A stretch of DNA of 64,000 nt from Bugula neritina. Taxonomy: Eukaryota; Animalia; Bryozoa. Position numbers and translations under genes: made by a program. The stretch lies in NCBI GenBank assembly GCA_964035545.1, contig CAXIUT010000205.1, positions 1-64,000 of the forward strand, given 5' to 3'. The notes beneath the pieces were generated by a model, which saw only the letters and a list, made by a program, of their open reading frames with translations, was not told the origin of the DNA and did no database searches. How positions within the stretch are numbered: the first letter of the stretch is position 1; the number at the start of each line of letters is the position of its first letter. Positions 37,478 through 48,600 of the stretch are shown here, in pieces.

Positions 37478-37957
37478 ATGATGTCTATAGTAAATAGTTT
37501 TGTTTTAGAGTTTTTAAAAGGGTTGCACACTACCTACACTTATTTATTTCATAGTAAAGTAACGTTAAATTATCCTTTTGAAAAAGGCCCTGTTAGTACT
37601 CGTTTTAGAGGTGAGCATTGTTTAAGACGTTATTCGACTGGTGAAGAGAGATGCATAGCTTGCAAATTATGTGAAGTGGTTTGCCCTGCATTAGCAATAA
37701 CGATAGAATCGGAATCTAGGTTTCTAGATAACAGTAGAAGGACGACGAAGTATGATATTGATATGACTAAATGTATATATTGTGGTTTTTGCCAAGAGGC
37801 TTGCCCTGTAGATGCCATCGTAGAAGGACCTAATTTTGAGTACTCTACAGAAACACATGAAGAGCTCTTATATAATAAACATAAGTTGTTATACAATGGC
37901 GATAAATGAGAATCAGAAATAAATGTGTCCTTGTCTAAAGAGTTATTTTTTAAATAA
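37478..37957 (+). CDS. nad8: NADH dehydrogenase subunit 8 (2x[4Fe-4S])
   Basis: '[14 protein letters not shown]', '[17 protein letters not shown]'. Confidence 0.97.
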
Positions 37958-38038
37958 TTCTGATAAATTATTATTATAACTATTAAAAAAGAGTCTGAGA
38001 AACTTCTCTTATTCTAAAGTGTTAACAATTTTCAAGTC

Positions 38039-38311
38039 ATGATGTGAATAAATTTATTTTTTTCATTTAATTTATTTATAATAGGTATATTTGGTGTCCT
38101 TTTAGCTAGAAAGAATTTAATATTAGTAATAATGTCTTTAGAGCTGATGTTATTATCTATAAATCTTAATTTTATTTTTTTTTCTATTTACACAGACACT
38201 TTAGCAGGTCAGCTAGCTTCATTTTTTCTACTTGCAGTAGGAGCTTCAGAATCTGCAGTAGGGTTATCATTTATTGTAATCTATTACAAAGGTTATAGAT
38301 TTTACTATTAA
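38039..38311 (+). CDS. nad4L: NADH dehydrogenase subunit 4L
   Basis: 'RKNLILVIMSLELMLL', 'GASESAVGL'; absent from the ORF track. Confidence 0.93.
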
Positions 38312-38313
38312 AT

Positions 38314-40416
38314 ATGTATTTACTTCCTATTTATTTTTGTATATCCTCTTTTTTATTTTCTTTTTTTTTCGGGAGATGTATTCTTAAAGAACACTTTTTA
38401 TTATTAATTATAATAAATTGTTATTTATCTTTTTTTATTTCTGTGTATATATTTAATGAAGTTTGCTTCCATCATATAAATACATATATCTTTATCTTTC
38501 CTTGATTAAAAATAACAACTCTAAATATATATTGATCTTTTTTATTCGATCCTTTATCAGCAACCATGTTAGTGGTGATAACATCAATATCACTTTGTGC
38601 CAATCTATATTCTATAGAATATATGTTTTATGACCCTCATAAAGTCCGATATTTCACATATTTATCTGTTTTTACATTTTCTATGCTGATGTTAGTAACA
38701 TCAAATAATGTACTTCAACTGTTTTTTGGTTGAGAGTTTGTAGGTATTTCTTCTTATTTATTAATAAACTTTTGATATAGTAGGATACAAGCAAATAAAT
38801 CCTCTATCTTAGCAGTAATGGTAAATAAAATAGGTGATATATTTTTATTATATACCTGTTTCATTTTACAAAAAACGTTTTCTAGTTTAGATTTTAATGT
38901 AATCTTTTTATGTCTGAATTCTTATGATTCTTATATAAATGTGTTCTTTTCTTGTATAGAAAATTCTATTTGTTATGAATTAATGTGGAACAATAACTGT
39001 ACTACATTAAGCTATATAGTCTTCTATAAAAACTTATTAGAAGAAATGTTCTTATATGATATTTCTAATAGTATTTCTTCTACGAATTTCTTATTTTATT
39101 CTAATTTAATATGTATTTTTGTTTTTATAGCCTCTATATGTAAATCAGCACAATTTGGTTTTCATTTTTGACTTGCAGAAGCAATGGAAGGTCCTACACC
39201 TGTATCTTCGTTATTACATGCTGCTACCATGGTGACTGCAGGTATTTTTTTAACTATAAGGATGAGCTTTTTATTTGATTATAGTACATATGTACCTATT
39301 TATATAATCTTTCTAGGTTCAATAACCACGTTTTTTAGTTCTATCATAGGTGTCACACAAAATGATATAAAAAAAATAGTAGCTTATTCAACTTGTAGTC
39401 AACTTGGTTATATGTATTTAAGTACAGGTATTTTTGCTTATAGCAATAGCATGTTTCATTTATTTAATCATGCTTTTTTTAAAGCACTTTTATTTTTATC
39501 TTCAGGTTATTTGATTCATTCTTTATCGAATGAACAAGATCTCAGAAAGATGGGGGGTTTAATAAAACTCTTACCTTTTGGTTATTTTTCTTTACTAATT
39601 GGTTCAATGTCTTTAATGGGAATACCTTATTTTTCAGGTTTTTTTTCTAAAGATATGATAATAGAAAATTTTTATAGTACTTTTGTAGTAGATCTAAATA
39701 ATATAAATAAATACCCTATTATTTATTTTTCTCAACTAATAGCACTAATATCTGTTGTTTTTACAATAGTATATAGTTTAAAAATAGTATTTTATGTTTT
39801 TCTTAATAGTTATAGTGGTTTACGCTATTATATAAACAATATCCACTTCTCTACATATTATATAATATTACCTGTGTTTTTTTTAGCACTATTAAGTATG
39901 ACTAGTGGTTATTTAACGAATGATTTGATGATTGGTACTGGTACGACTTTTTGGGGTAATTCAATAAATACTTCTAGTATGGTAGGCCTTTTTAGTAAAA
40001 AACATTATTATATAATATTATTTTGTGAATTTAAAAAATATACTTACTATTTAATTTTTTTTTTTAGTATTTATTATTTAACTTTATTTATATATTTTTT
40101 TTTTTTTGTTTCTAATTTATTTAAAATAAAATACTTAAATAAGTTATTCGTACATTTAAATAATAAAGTAATTTTTTTTAATAAATTGCTTATTTCTTCT
40201 ATCTTATATTCTATCTATTATATGTCTTATAATGTCTTTTATAAATTAGTAGATAAAAAGATCTTTGATTTCTTTTCTTCATTTAGCATAATATTTTATA
40301 TAAAAAATATAACTCTATTATTAAAAAAAAAAAAATTAAATATTATATATAACCCTATAGGAAGTATAATATTTTCTTTAATATTTTTTTTTATGTTTTT
40401 TATAATCATTATATAA
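38314..40416 (+). CDS. nad5: NADH dehydrogenase subunit 5
   Basis: 'GWEFVG', 'KSAQ...AMEGPTPVSSLLHAATMV', 'HLFNHAFFKALLF'. Confidence 0.96.
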
Positions 40417-40417
40417 T

Positions 40418-41170
40418 ATGTATTTCTCTCTTTTAGAGAGTAAGTTAAAGAAGTACAATAACAAACCTTCTTTAATGAGAATAAGTTTTTTTTTATTAAT
40501 TGTAATGTGAATTAATTTTTTTTTTTATTCCTTGATCACAATAACTATCTATAAGTTATTGTGTTTTAATGTGGACTACTTTATATTTAATGTATATAAA
40601 TTAAATAAAAATATTAATGTTTTTTATAGTTTAACTGGTTTTTTAGAAACTTGTTTAAGTTACAACTCGGTAGAGAGTTATAGTTATAACAGTTACTCTA
40701 TAAGCAATTGTTTAAAACCATTTAATATTTTTTATATATTAGATGTAGTCGAATTCAAATACTTATATTTAATAGATAAAGAAGATTTAAATATGAATAA
40801 TAATATAATGTTTAATAATCTTATATATTTAAATTTTTATATAAGATCAAGTAACTTCTTATGGGTAGATGTGATATCACTACAAAAAACATTGATTATT
40901 AACATAGGTGAAACCGTTTTATTTTTTTTTAGGATGTTTAACCCTACACATTTCAATTTGAAATTGATTACTATATATATAGTACATCCTAATGAAACCT
41001 CTCTGTATTTAAATAAAATACAGTGTTTTTGTTATAATTTAATGTTTTTATATCCATTGGAGCTAATCGATTTACCAGTGTTGTTATATATTGATAGCCT
41101 TTATATATATTTTTATGATTTGAAGTTGTATAATACATTCTTTGTGTACTATATAACTTTCTTCAATTAA
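40418..41170 (+). CDS. cox11: Cytochrome c oxidase copper assembly protein Cox11
   Basis: 'YKLLC' after a TM helix, 'GETVLFFF...N', 'YLNKIQCFCY' Cu-binding CFC motif, 'DLPVLLYID'. Confidence 0.88.
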
Positions 41171-41187
41171 CTTTTTTACTATATGTG

Positions 41188-41259
41188 GTCAGTGTAGCCA
41201 AGTGGTAAGGCATTGGTTTTTGATTCCAAGATACGGAGGTTCGAATCCTCCCACTGGGT
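41188..41259 (+). tRNA. trnQ: tRNA-Gln(UUG)
   Basis: Cloverleaf with loop TTTTGAT; G1xG72 mismatch. Confidence 0.9.
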
Positions 41260-41305
41260 CTATGTTAAAACCTATTAAAATATAATTTTACTTGGCCTTT
41301 AAAGG

Positions 41306-41377
41306 TAGCCCATAACTCAATGGTAGAGTATTTGCTTGATAAGCAAAAGGTTAGTGGTTCGATTCCACTTGGGCGTA
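41306..41377 (+). tRNA. trnI: tRNA-Ile(GAU)
   Basis: Loop TTGATAA; positions 1-2 mismatched. Confidence 0.9.
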
Positions 41378-41657
41378 TCGAACTTCTGGCTTCAAGTAGT
41401 ACGATACCACTTGTCGACCCCCCTTCCGGGTAATCCACATTATAACAAATCTTAAAAGTCTTTAATATAACAAATAAAACGACTTTCTTAATAATAATTC
41501 TTTAGTTGAATGAAAACATTGTTTTTTTCTCTACGGTCTATGAGGAGTAGATAGTAAAGATTCTAAAATACAAAGATATGAGGTATCAAATCCTTTTAAG
41601 AATGATATATACTTAGATCTATTCAAGGTTAATGTCTTTAAAGCTCTTAACCGATTA

Positions 41658-43535
41658 AGTATTGGGTTTGATTCTGGCTCGGAGTGAACGCTTAGCTCAT
41701 ACTTTACACATGCTAGTCAAACATATATATTACTGTGTGCTTATTCAAAATGAACACACAATGGTACCAAATAGTTTATTATTATTGATTTTATATATTT
41801 ATGTGGCGTATTGGTGAGTACAATGTATAAAAAGTTATCTTTTTGCTAGGAATGTTTATTTTTATTAATTCCTAATAACTTTATTTAATATAAAGAGATA
41901 AAGGTTGATAAATCGCAATGAGGTATTTGTATGTAGTTTTAGGTAGTTGGTCCTATTAAAAGAGTACCAAGCCAATCATGCTTAGCTGCGCTTAGAGGTA
42001 GTCCAGTCACATGGGAAAGGAGGTTATTTCCTACTTTTTTAGAAGAGCTGCAGTGAGGAATCTTGGGCAATGAGTTAGCGCTTGACCCAGTAATGTTCGA
42101 AGTGTGAATAAAGTATGTTGACTGTAAAACACTATAGCACAATAACAAATAATGATCTTGTCGCTACATAGCACCGGCTAATCTCCGTGCCAGCCGCCGC
42201 GGTAATACGGAAGGTGCCAGTGTTACTCTTCCTAACTGGGCGTAAAGGGTAGGTAGGCGATAATTTAAGTTTTATATTAAATTCCAATCTAATTGTAATC
42301 TATTCTAAACTATTTTATTTGAGTAGTATAAAAGTTCTTGTTATTTGAAGTTTAGGTCTAATAGTCTTTAGATTTCGTAGTAATTCCAAAGGTTAAGACA
42401 TAGTTCTATTTACTACTGACGCTGATTTACTAAAGTATGGGTATCGAACGGGATTAGATACCCCTGTAGTCCATACCGTAAACGATGAATATTAAATGTT
42501 TAAAAACAATGAATTAAATTAATATTTATTATAATTTATTTTTTTATGTTTTTTTATGTTAAAGCTAACGCGTTAAATATTCCGCCTGATTAGTATGATC
42601 GCAAGATTCAAAGTTAAAGAAATTGACGGAGGTTATTTTAAAGCAGTGGAGCATGTGGTTTAATTCGATACACCGCGAGGAATCTTACCAATTTTTGTAT
42701 AGTGTATTAAATAATAAGATATAATAAAGAGATCTTTATTATATATATAATATATTATTTTATAAAGTATTATAAGTAGTACTTTAATTATGTTAAAATG
42801 GTTGTTAAACTTTTAAAAATCATATTAAAAAATAATCACTTTCATATATATACAAAAAGGCTCCCCACCTAAAAAGTAGGGAGTAACTACAGGTGTTGCA
42901 TGGCTGTCGTAAATTCGTGTTGTGAAATGTTTTCTTTTTCCTATACTATCTTAACGAATAAAACCCTGGTATTTTTTAGTTGTCTTTATGTTCTTTAGAT
43001 TGCACTTGGTTAAAAGTGATCTACTATACACATAAAAGTTAAAATTCTAAATATTATTTTATATTTGTAGTATTTAATAAAAATATCATAGTATTATATA
43101 TTTTTATATGAAGCAAATTTAAATATGGGATCACTACAAGTCAATATGGCCTTTATAAATTGGGCTACACATGTGCTACAATGGTAATTACAAAAAGTTG
43201 CAAATATGTAAGTATGAGCAAATCTATAAAAATTATCTTTTAATTCGGATTGTTCTTTGTAACTCAAGGACATAAAGTAGGAATTGCTAGTAATCGTATA
43301 TTAGTGTGGTACGGTGAATATTTTATATAACCTCGTACATACCGCCCGTCACGCTAGAGGTTACCGTATTATTGTTTAAGTTGTTGTACTTTTTTTATTA
43401 TTTTATTTTTTTTATATGTTTAAAGCGTTTAGATCAGATAAAAATATCTTTAGTATTTTACCAATATAGTATTGTTGACTTTAGTGAAGTCGTAACATGG
43501 TAGTTGTAGGGGAACCTGTTGCTGGAAAAATGTCA
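41658..43535 (+). rRNA. rns: Small subunit rRNA (ends approximate)
   Basis: GTTTGATTCTGGCTC, GTGCCAGCCGCCGCGGTAATAC, GGATTAGATACCC, ACCGCCCGTCAC, AAGTCGTAACA. Confidence 0.96.
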
Positions 43536-43665
43536 TTTACCTAAAATACTTTTTATTCTATTCTAACTTGCGAAATATAAAGTTCTAATTAGTATATCTT
43601 TTAAATATCATAAGTAAAGATACTTACATTAATAGTTTAATACTTTTTTAAAAAACTATAATAAG

Positions 43666-43776
43666 GACCCTAGTCTTAAGTTTTTAGCTCTATTCGCCAG
43701 ACCGCGCCATAGAGTTTTTTTAGATAGAAGCGTTATAACTTGACGAAGTTGTAGGAGAGCTGTAATCCTGGGTGTC
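43666..43776 (+). ncRNA. Candidate structured RNA, possibly divergent 5S rRNA
   Basis: ~111 nt, locally GC-richer; terminal stem plus two arms, found by hand folding only. Confidence 0.3.
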
Positions 43777-43807
43777 AGAACCTTTAAATCTGTGTTTTTC
43801 CCTATGG

Positions 43808-43860
43808 AACTACCCCAAGGTAGTTACCTATGGTACCATAGGTAACTACTTGGGGTAGTT
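43808..43860. repeat. Near-perfect 53-bp palindrome
   Basis: AACTACCCCAAGGTAGTTACCTATGG-TA-CCATAGGTAACTAC-TTGGGGTAGTT with one bulged base. Confidence 0.9.
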
Positions 43861-43918
43861 AACGGTAGGGTGAGTCCTAAGACGGAGCGGTCCAACGCCT
43901 TCTAGGTTTTTAGTGGGT

Positions 43919-44015
43919 GTAGCAGTTTAGTTTAGTTTACACTCGGGTGGTTAGGTGGGTACGGGTGTAGGTAGCAGTTTAGTTTAGTTTACACTCGGGT
44001 GGTTAGGTGGGTACG
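43919..44015. repeat. 45-nt G/T-rich direct repeat x2
   Basis: GTAGCAGTTTAGTTTAGTTTACACTCGGGTGGTTAGGTGGGTACG at 43919 and 43971. Confidence 0.9.
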
Positions 44016-44054
44016 AAATTAAGCAGTCTCGGGTGGTAACCCCGTTAGTATTAG

Positions 44055-44126
44055 TGCGGTATAGTTTAATTGGTAGAGCGTCAGGCTCATAATCTGAAAG
44101 TATGAGTTCGATTCTCATTGCCGCTA
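44055..44126 (+). tRNA. trnM: tRNA-Met(CAU), probable initiator
   Basis: TCAGG-CTCATAA-TCTGA; 1x72 mismatch. Confidence 0.88.
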
Positions 44127-44156
44127 AATGTAAAATTTAATAGCGTACTTACTTGT

Positions 44157-44228
44157 ACGCGAGTAGCTCAATGGTAGAGCATATGGCTGTTAACCATAAT
44201 GTTATGGGTTCGAATCCCATCTTGCGTT
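44157..44228 (+). tRNA. trnN: tRNA-Asn(GUU)
   Basis: TATGG-CTGTTAA-CCATA; fully paired acceptor stem. Confidence 0.93.
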
Positions 44229-44251
44229 GGGTATCTTTACTATATATAAAG

Positions 44252-44323
44252 TGGAGTGTAGCTCAGTGGCAGAGTATCGGTTTGTGGTACCGAATGTCGT
44301 GGGTTCGAGTCCCATCACTCACC
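44252..44323 (+). tRNA. trnH: tRNA-His(GUG)
   Basis: TCGGT-TTGTGGT-ACCGA; C73; positions 1-2 mismatched. Confidence 0.9.
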
Positions 44324-44331
44324 TAGTACTA

Positions 44332-44403
44332 GGTGAGATAGCTTAATGGTAAAGCCTCAAATTGCTAATTTGAAAGATATGGGTTCGAACCCTATTCTCA
44401 CCA
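44332..44403 (+). tRNA. trnS: tRNA-Ser(GCU), short variable loop
   Basis: TCAAA-TTGCTAA-TTTGA; 5-nt variable region; identity from anticodon only. Confidence 0.75.
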
Positions 44404-44446
44404 ACTAACAAAAAGCTATATAGTTTTCAAGTCCAAATATGCCGCT

Positions 44447-44519
44447 TAACGCTTGGTGGAACGGTAGACACAGCAGACTTAAAATTTGTACATTGCAGGT
44501 TCGACTCCTGCAGCGGGTA
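44447..44519 (+). tRNA. trnL: tRNA-Leu(UAA), short variable loop
   Basis: GCAGA-CTTAAAA-TTTGT; Leu-type D arm; positions 1-3 mismatched. Confidence 0.88.
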
Positions 44520-44535
44520 TACCCCGGGGTATACA

Positions 44536-44606
44536 TACCGTATAGCTTAGTGGTAAAGCAAAAGACTGAAAATCTTTGGACAGTGGTTCGATTCCATTTA
44601 TGGGCA
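44536..44606 (+). tRNA. trnF: tRNA-Phe(GAA)
   Basis: AAAGA-CTGAAAA-TCTTT; positions 1-2 mismatched. Confidence 0.9.
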
Positions 44607-44659
44607 TTAGATTAGCGTTTTTTGATTGTTACCCATAGCTCAATAGCGTTTTTTGATTG

Positions 44660-44732
44660 TTACCCATAGCTCAATTGGTAGAGTAGTCGGCTTTTAACCG
44701 ATATGTTGCAGGTTCGAGTCCTGTTGGGTGTA
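44660..44732 (+). tRNA. trnK: tRNA-Lys(UUU)
   Basis: GTCGG-CTTTTAA-CCGAT; 5' end lies in a 31-nt tandem duplication (44613-44674). Confidence 0.92.
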
Positions 44733-44762
44733 ATGTTTTTTGCAAATTGGAGATGGTCTAAA

Positions 44763-44835
44763 TTGGAGATGGTCTAATTTGGTATGACAATTGCTTTGGA
44801 AGCAATTAATGTGAGTTCGAGTCTCGCTCTCCAGA
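44763..44835 (+). tRNA. trnP: tRNA-Pro(UGG)
   Basis: ATTGC-TTTGGAA-GCAAT; 5' end lies in a 16-nt tandem duplication (44744-44775). Confidence 0.9.
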
Positions 44836-44849
44836 GCGTTTTTTTTAAA

Positions 44850-44923
44850 ACGTGAGTGCCAGAGTGGTCTAATGGGACAGTTTTGAAAACTGTATGCCGT
44901 GAGTTCGAATCTCACCTCATCCC
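44850..44923 (+). tRNA. trnS: tRNA-Ser(UGA), short variable loop
   Basis: ACAGT-TTTGAAA-ACTGT; Ser-type D loop; positions 1-2 mismatched. Confidence 0.87.
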
Positions 44924-44973
44924 AAACAAGTGAGTTTGGGTATACCTAACATATTACGTGTGTTTTTTTTATG

Positions 44974-45044
44974 GCCCCTTTCGTCTAGTGGTAGGACATC
45001 ACTTTTTCAATGTGAAGGCATGAGTTCGATTCTCATAAGGGGTA
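44974..45044 (+). tRNA. trnE: tRNA-Glu(UUC)
   Basis: GCCCCTT/AAGGGGT acceptor; loop TTTTCAA. Confidence 0.9.
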
Positions 45045-45092
45045 TTTCGTAGGTAGTGTAATGGCATGATTATATTCTCATAAGGTACACTT

Positions 45093-45164
45093 GCACCCGT
45101 AGTTCAGTGGTAGAACGTTTCCCTCATAAGGAAGGTGTCGCGGGTTCGAATCCTGTCGGGTGTA
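45093..45164 (+). tRNA. trnM: tRNA-CAU (elongator Met, or lysidine-type Ile)
   Basis: TTTCC-CTCATAA-GGAAG. Confidence 0.82.
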
Positions 45165-45165
45165 C

Positions 45166-45248
45166 TCAGAGATGCCAGAGTGGTCTATTGGGGTGGACTG
45201 TAAATCCACTAGTGTATGCTATCATAGGTTCGAATCCTATTCTCGCTA
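45166..45248 (+). tRNA. trnY: tRNA-Tyr(GUA)
   Basis: GTGGA-CTGTAAA-TCCAC; long variable arm; positions 1-3 mismatched. Confidence 0.9.
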
Positions 45249-45280
45249 TTTTTTAAAAAGTTTTCTTCAAAAACCCCGCT

Positions 45281-45353
45281 TGCTTCGTAGCTCAATTGGT
45301 AGAGCAATAGTCTTCAAAATTATAGGTTATAGGTTCGAGTCCTATTGAATGTG
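45281..45353 (+). tRNA. trnW: tRNA-Trp(UCA)
   Basis: ATAGT-CTTCAAA-ATTAT; G73; positions 1-3 mismatched; fits TGA=Trp. Confidence 0.9.
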
Positions 45354-45619
45354 TTTATCCTCTTATATAAACACCCAATGCAAGTGAGTGAAGTAAAACC
45401 ACGTCTGAACTTCGTACTCTTCTACTTATTTCTTAAATGGTTTCTTAGAGGACTTACTTTTTTAGATATAACTCTGATTAAAAAAAGTAACATAGCATAT
45501 AACGGTCTTATAACTACAAATAATGAGATAAGACGCAATTAAAAAAAAGATACCAGGCTTGTCTTAGTATCTTTTTTCTAGTACTAAGATACTTCAGTGT
45601 ATATCAATTCAGTTTTTGT

Positions 45620-48213
45620 TCACATATATACAAATATATAATGGATATCTAGGCATTCAGAATAATAACGTTATGAAGACGAAACAAAATACTGAAACTC
45701 ACAGTTGTTTATGATTTATTTTAAATTGCAATAATTATATTTTTATAATATTGTAAATGTTTTTTTTATTTATAGATAGCGAATTAAAACATTTTATTAG
45801 CTATTTAAAAGAAATATAAATTAGAAACCGATATTAGTGGCGAATGAATTCGGTGTTAAGTATAATTTGAAACTAGTAATAATTAAATAATAGAGAATGT
45901 TAACCATAGAAGGTTAAAGTCCTTTCTAAAATTATTATTCATTAAATATACTTATATAAAGGCAATCAATTACTTTTGTCTTTACTTATAGTAAACCCAC
46001 TTACTTAACTTAATTAAATCTGTATGACCGATAGTGAACAAGTAGCGTGAGTGAAAGATGAAAAGAACCTTGTTTAGAGACCTTAAAAGATAGATTTTGA
46101 AATTGTATATTTATAAGTATTTGTAGTGACTTTCTCTTAACTAGCATCTCTTTTAAAAAAAGAAGAGTTACAAAGTTGTGACTTTATATTATAAATATAG
46201 TATAAAGTCACGGAAAGAATCACAATGTACCTTTTGTATCATGGGTGAGTTAGTATACTTAAATAGCAAGCTTAAATGTTTAATTGTATGCATAATTATT
46301 GTAAGTATTAACAATACTATAGTTATTTAAGTATGACCCGAAACCAAGTGATCTAATCTTGATCAGGTTGACGATTTAGAAGTATAAAACTTCTAGAGAA
46401 AATCTGAGGACCGTACTCGTGTATGTGCAATATACTGAGGTGAATTGTGATTAGGGGTGAAAGTCCAATCAAACTTGGTATAGCTGGTTTTCCACGAAAT
46501 CTATATAAGTAGAGTATTATATAATTAAAACTTTTACATAAAATGTAAAGCACATTATTTGCAATGGGAAGTAACATTTTACTGCGCACTATATAACTTA
46601 TAATTTTTATGATTTAAATGTATAATAAACGGAATATATGCGAAAAGGTATATATTCGATAGAGAAACAACTCTTATCGTAAATTAATATTTTTAATTGT
46701 TTTTTTAGTGTGTTAATAAAATTAAATTTAATTACGACTAAAATGTAGGAATGGGGGCCGCCATCATTTAAAGAGTGCGTTTAAGCACATTAGTTTGAAT
46801 AAATTTATGTTTTTTTAAATGTATTGAATCTAAAAAAAGTTAATTTAAGTTACGAATTTTTACTAAAATAGTAGTGGAATATTCTGTATTGTATTAATGA
46901 TTTTAATATTCTTATCAGAATTAATAATTCTTATATCAGTAACAATAAAAAATGTGAGAAACATTTTCACTGAAAATCTAAAAGGTTTTTCTTCATAGGT
47001 TATCTAGAACAAGTTAATCGTTTCTAAGAAATAAGCCAACGCTTTTTTCTAAGATAATATTTTACATATTAATTTATGATTATTTATTATAACAATAACT
47101 AAACAAATATATCTATAGAATAATTTATAAAATATTTTGTTTATTTATTCAGGAAAAATTAATTAATTATATTTTTATAAAAAAGCTCTTATCTGTTAAA
47201 AAACAGATAAGTTAAATATTAGTTAAATAGCTAAATTTGTAAAAAAAAATTGTTTCAAAATCAACGTACCTAAACTAACACTAGTAGATTGGTATAGAAT
47301 ACTAAAGTGATTAAGATAATAATGTTAAAGGAACTCGGCAAAATAACTCTGTATCCTCGGTATTAAGAGTATTAAGTAGATAATATATTATTTATTTAAT
47401 GGCAGAAAGCAGAAAGGGGCGACTGTTTAATAAAAACACAGGATTCTGCTAAATTTAAAAAATGATGTATTGAATCTGACACTTGCCCAGTGCTGTAGTA
47501 ACATAAAAAAGTTAGATCTATTTAAATAGTTTTAACTTTATAAATGCTCAGCAAACGGCGGCTGTAACCATGACGGTCCAAAGGTAGCGAAATTTATTGT
47601 CATTTAATTGTTGACCTGCATGAATAGTGTAACGACTTCTTTACTGTCTCTAACAATATCTTAGTGAAATTAAATTTTCTGTGAAAATTCAGAAATAATA
47701 CAGCAAGACGGCAAGACCCTATGAACCTTTACTATAATTATATAATATAATTTTGTAAACTCTTTGTTTAGACTTAGACTTATATTGTTTAAAATGTTTC
47801 TGAAAAAAAGTTCTCTGTATAGTTTCATTATTATGTTTAATGTATTACAATACATATTTAATATATATTATTAATGTTTTTTTACTTATATAATGGTTAG
47901 TTTTGTTGGGGCAACAACCTGCTAAAAAGTAACGCAGGTGTACTAAGGTAGTCATTCAACTGTATTAATACAAGTTTGAATATTTAATGGTATAATACTG
48001 CTTTACTGTTAGATATACATATCAATCAGTAATATTATATAAGATATCATTTACAATGTAATATATTGGTCATTTTATGACCCATAGATGATGTCTTATA
48101 TATATTGGTCATAGTGACCCAGTAATTTATAGTGGAATAATTATTGATCAACGGATAAAAGGTACTCTAGGGATAACAGGCTTATTACTCTTGAGAGCTC
48201 TTATCAACGGAGT

Positions 48214-48247
<34 letters not shown>

Positions 48248-48600
48248 AGAGCTGAAGGTGGTTCTAAGGGTTTAGCTGTTCGCTAATTAAAGTGGTACGT
48301 GAGCTGGGTTTAGAACGTTGTGAAACAGTTTGGACGCTATCTGCTGTATTGTTAAAAAAATAAAATATTTTTTTTTTTTAGTACGAAAGGAACAAAAAAA
48401 GCAAATCTATGGTTGACCAATTATTTATATTTTAAGTACTGTTGGGTAGCTACATTTGATAAAATAATTGCTAAAAGCATATTTATAGCAAGAAGTTTAA
48501 ATATTTTTATTTTTTAAGAAAGGGGTTGTATATTACAACTGTATAGGTTAGAAGTGTATTTATAGTGATATATTTTGAGCGAACTAATACTAACTCTGTG
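45620..48600 (+). rRNA. rnl: Large subunit rRNA (ends approximate)
   Basis: GACCGATAGTGAACAAGTA, GACCCGAAACCAAGTGATCTA, AAGGAACTCGGCAAA, GGGATAACAGGCT, CACCTCGATGTCGGCTC, AGTACGAAAGGAAC. Confidence 0.96.

Noticed and set aside
45046-45090. Additional CAU tRNA between trnE and trnM
   Set aside because: Has a CTCATAA-like loop but no T arm or acceptor stem.
41939-47855. ORFs at 41939, 44694, 45160, 45345, 46353 and 47670
   Set aside because: They overlap rRNA or tRNA genes or spacers; chance frames.
48030-48120. Intron in rnl
   Set aside because: Only a short hairpin insertion with partial duplication of adjacent sequence; no group I/II core, so likely an expansion segment.
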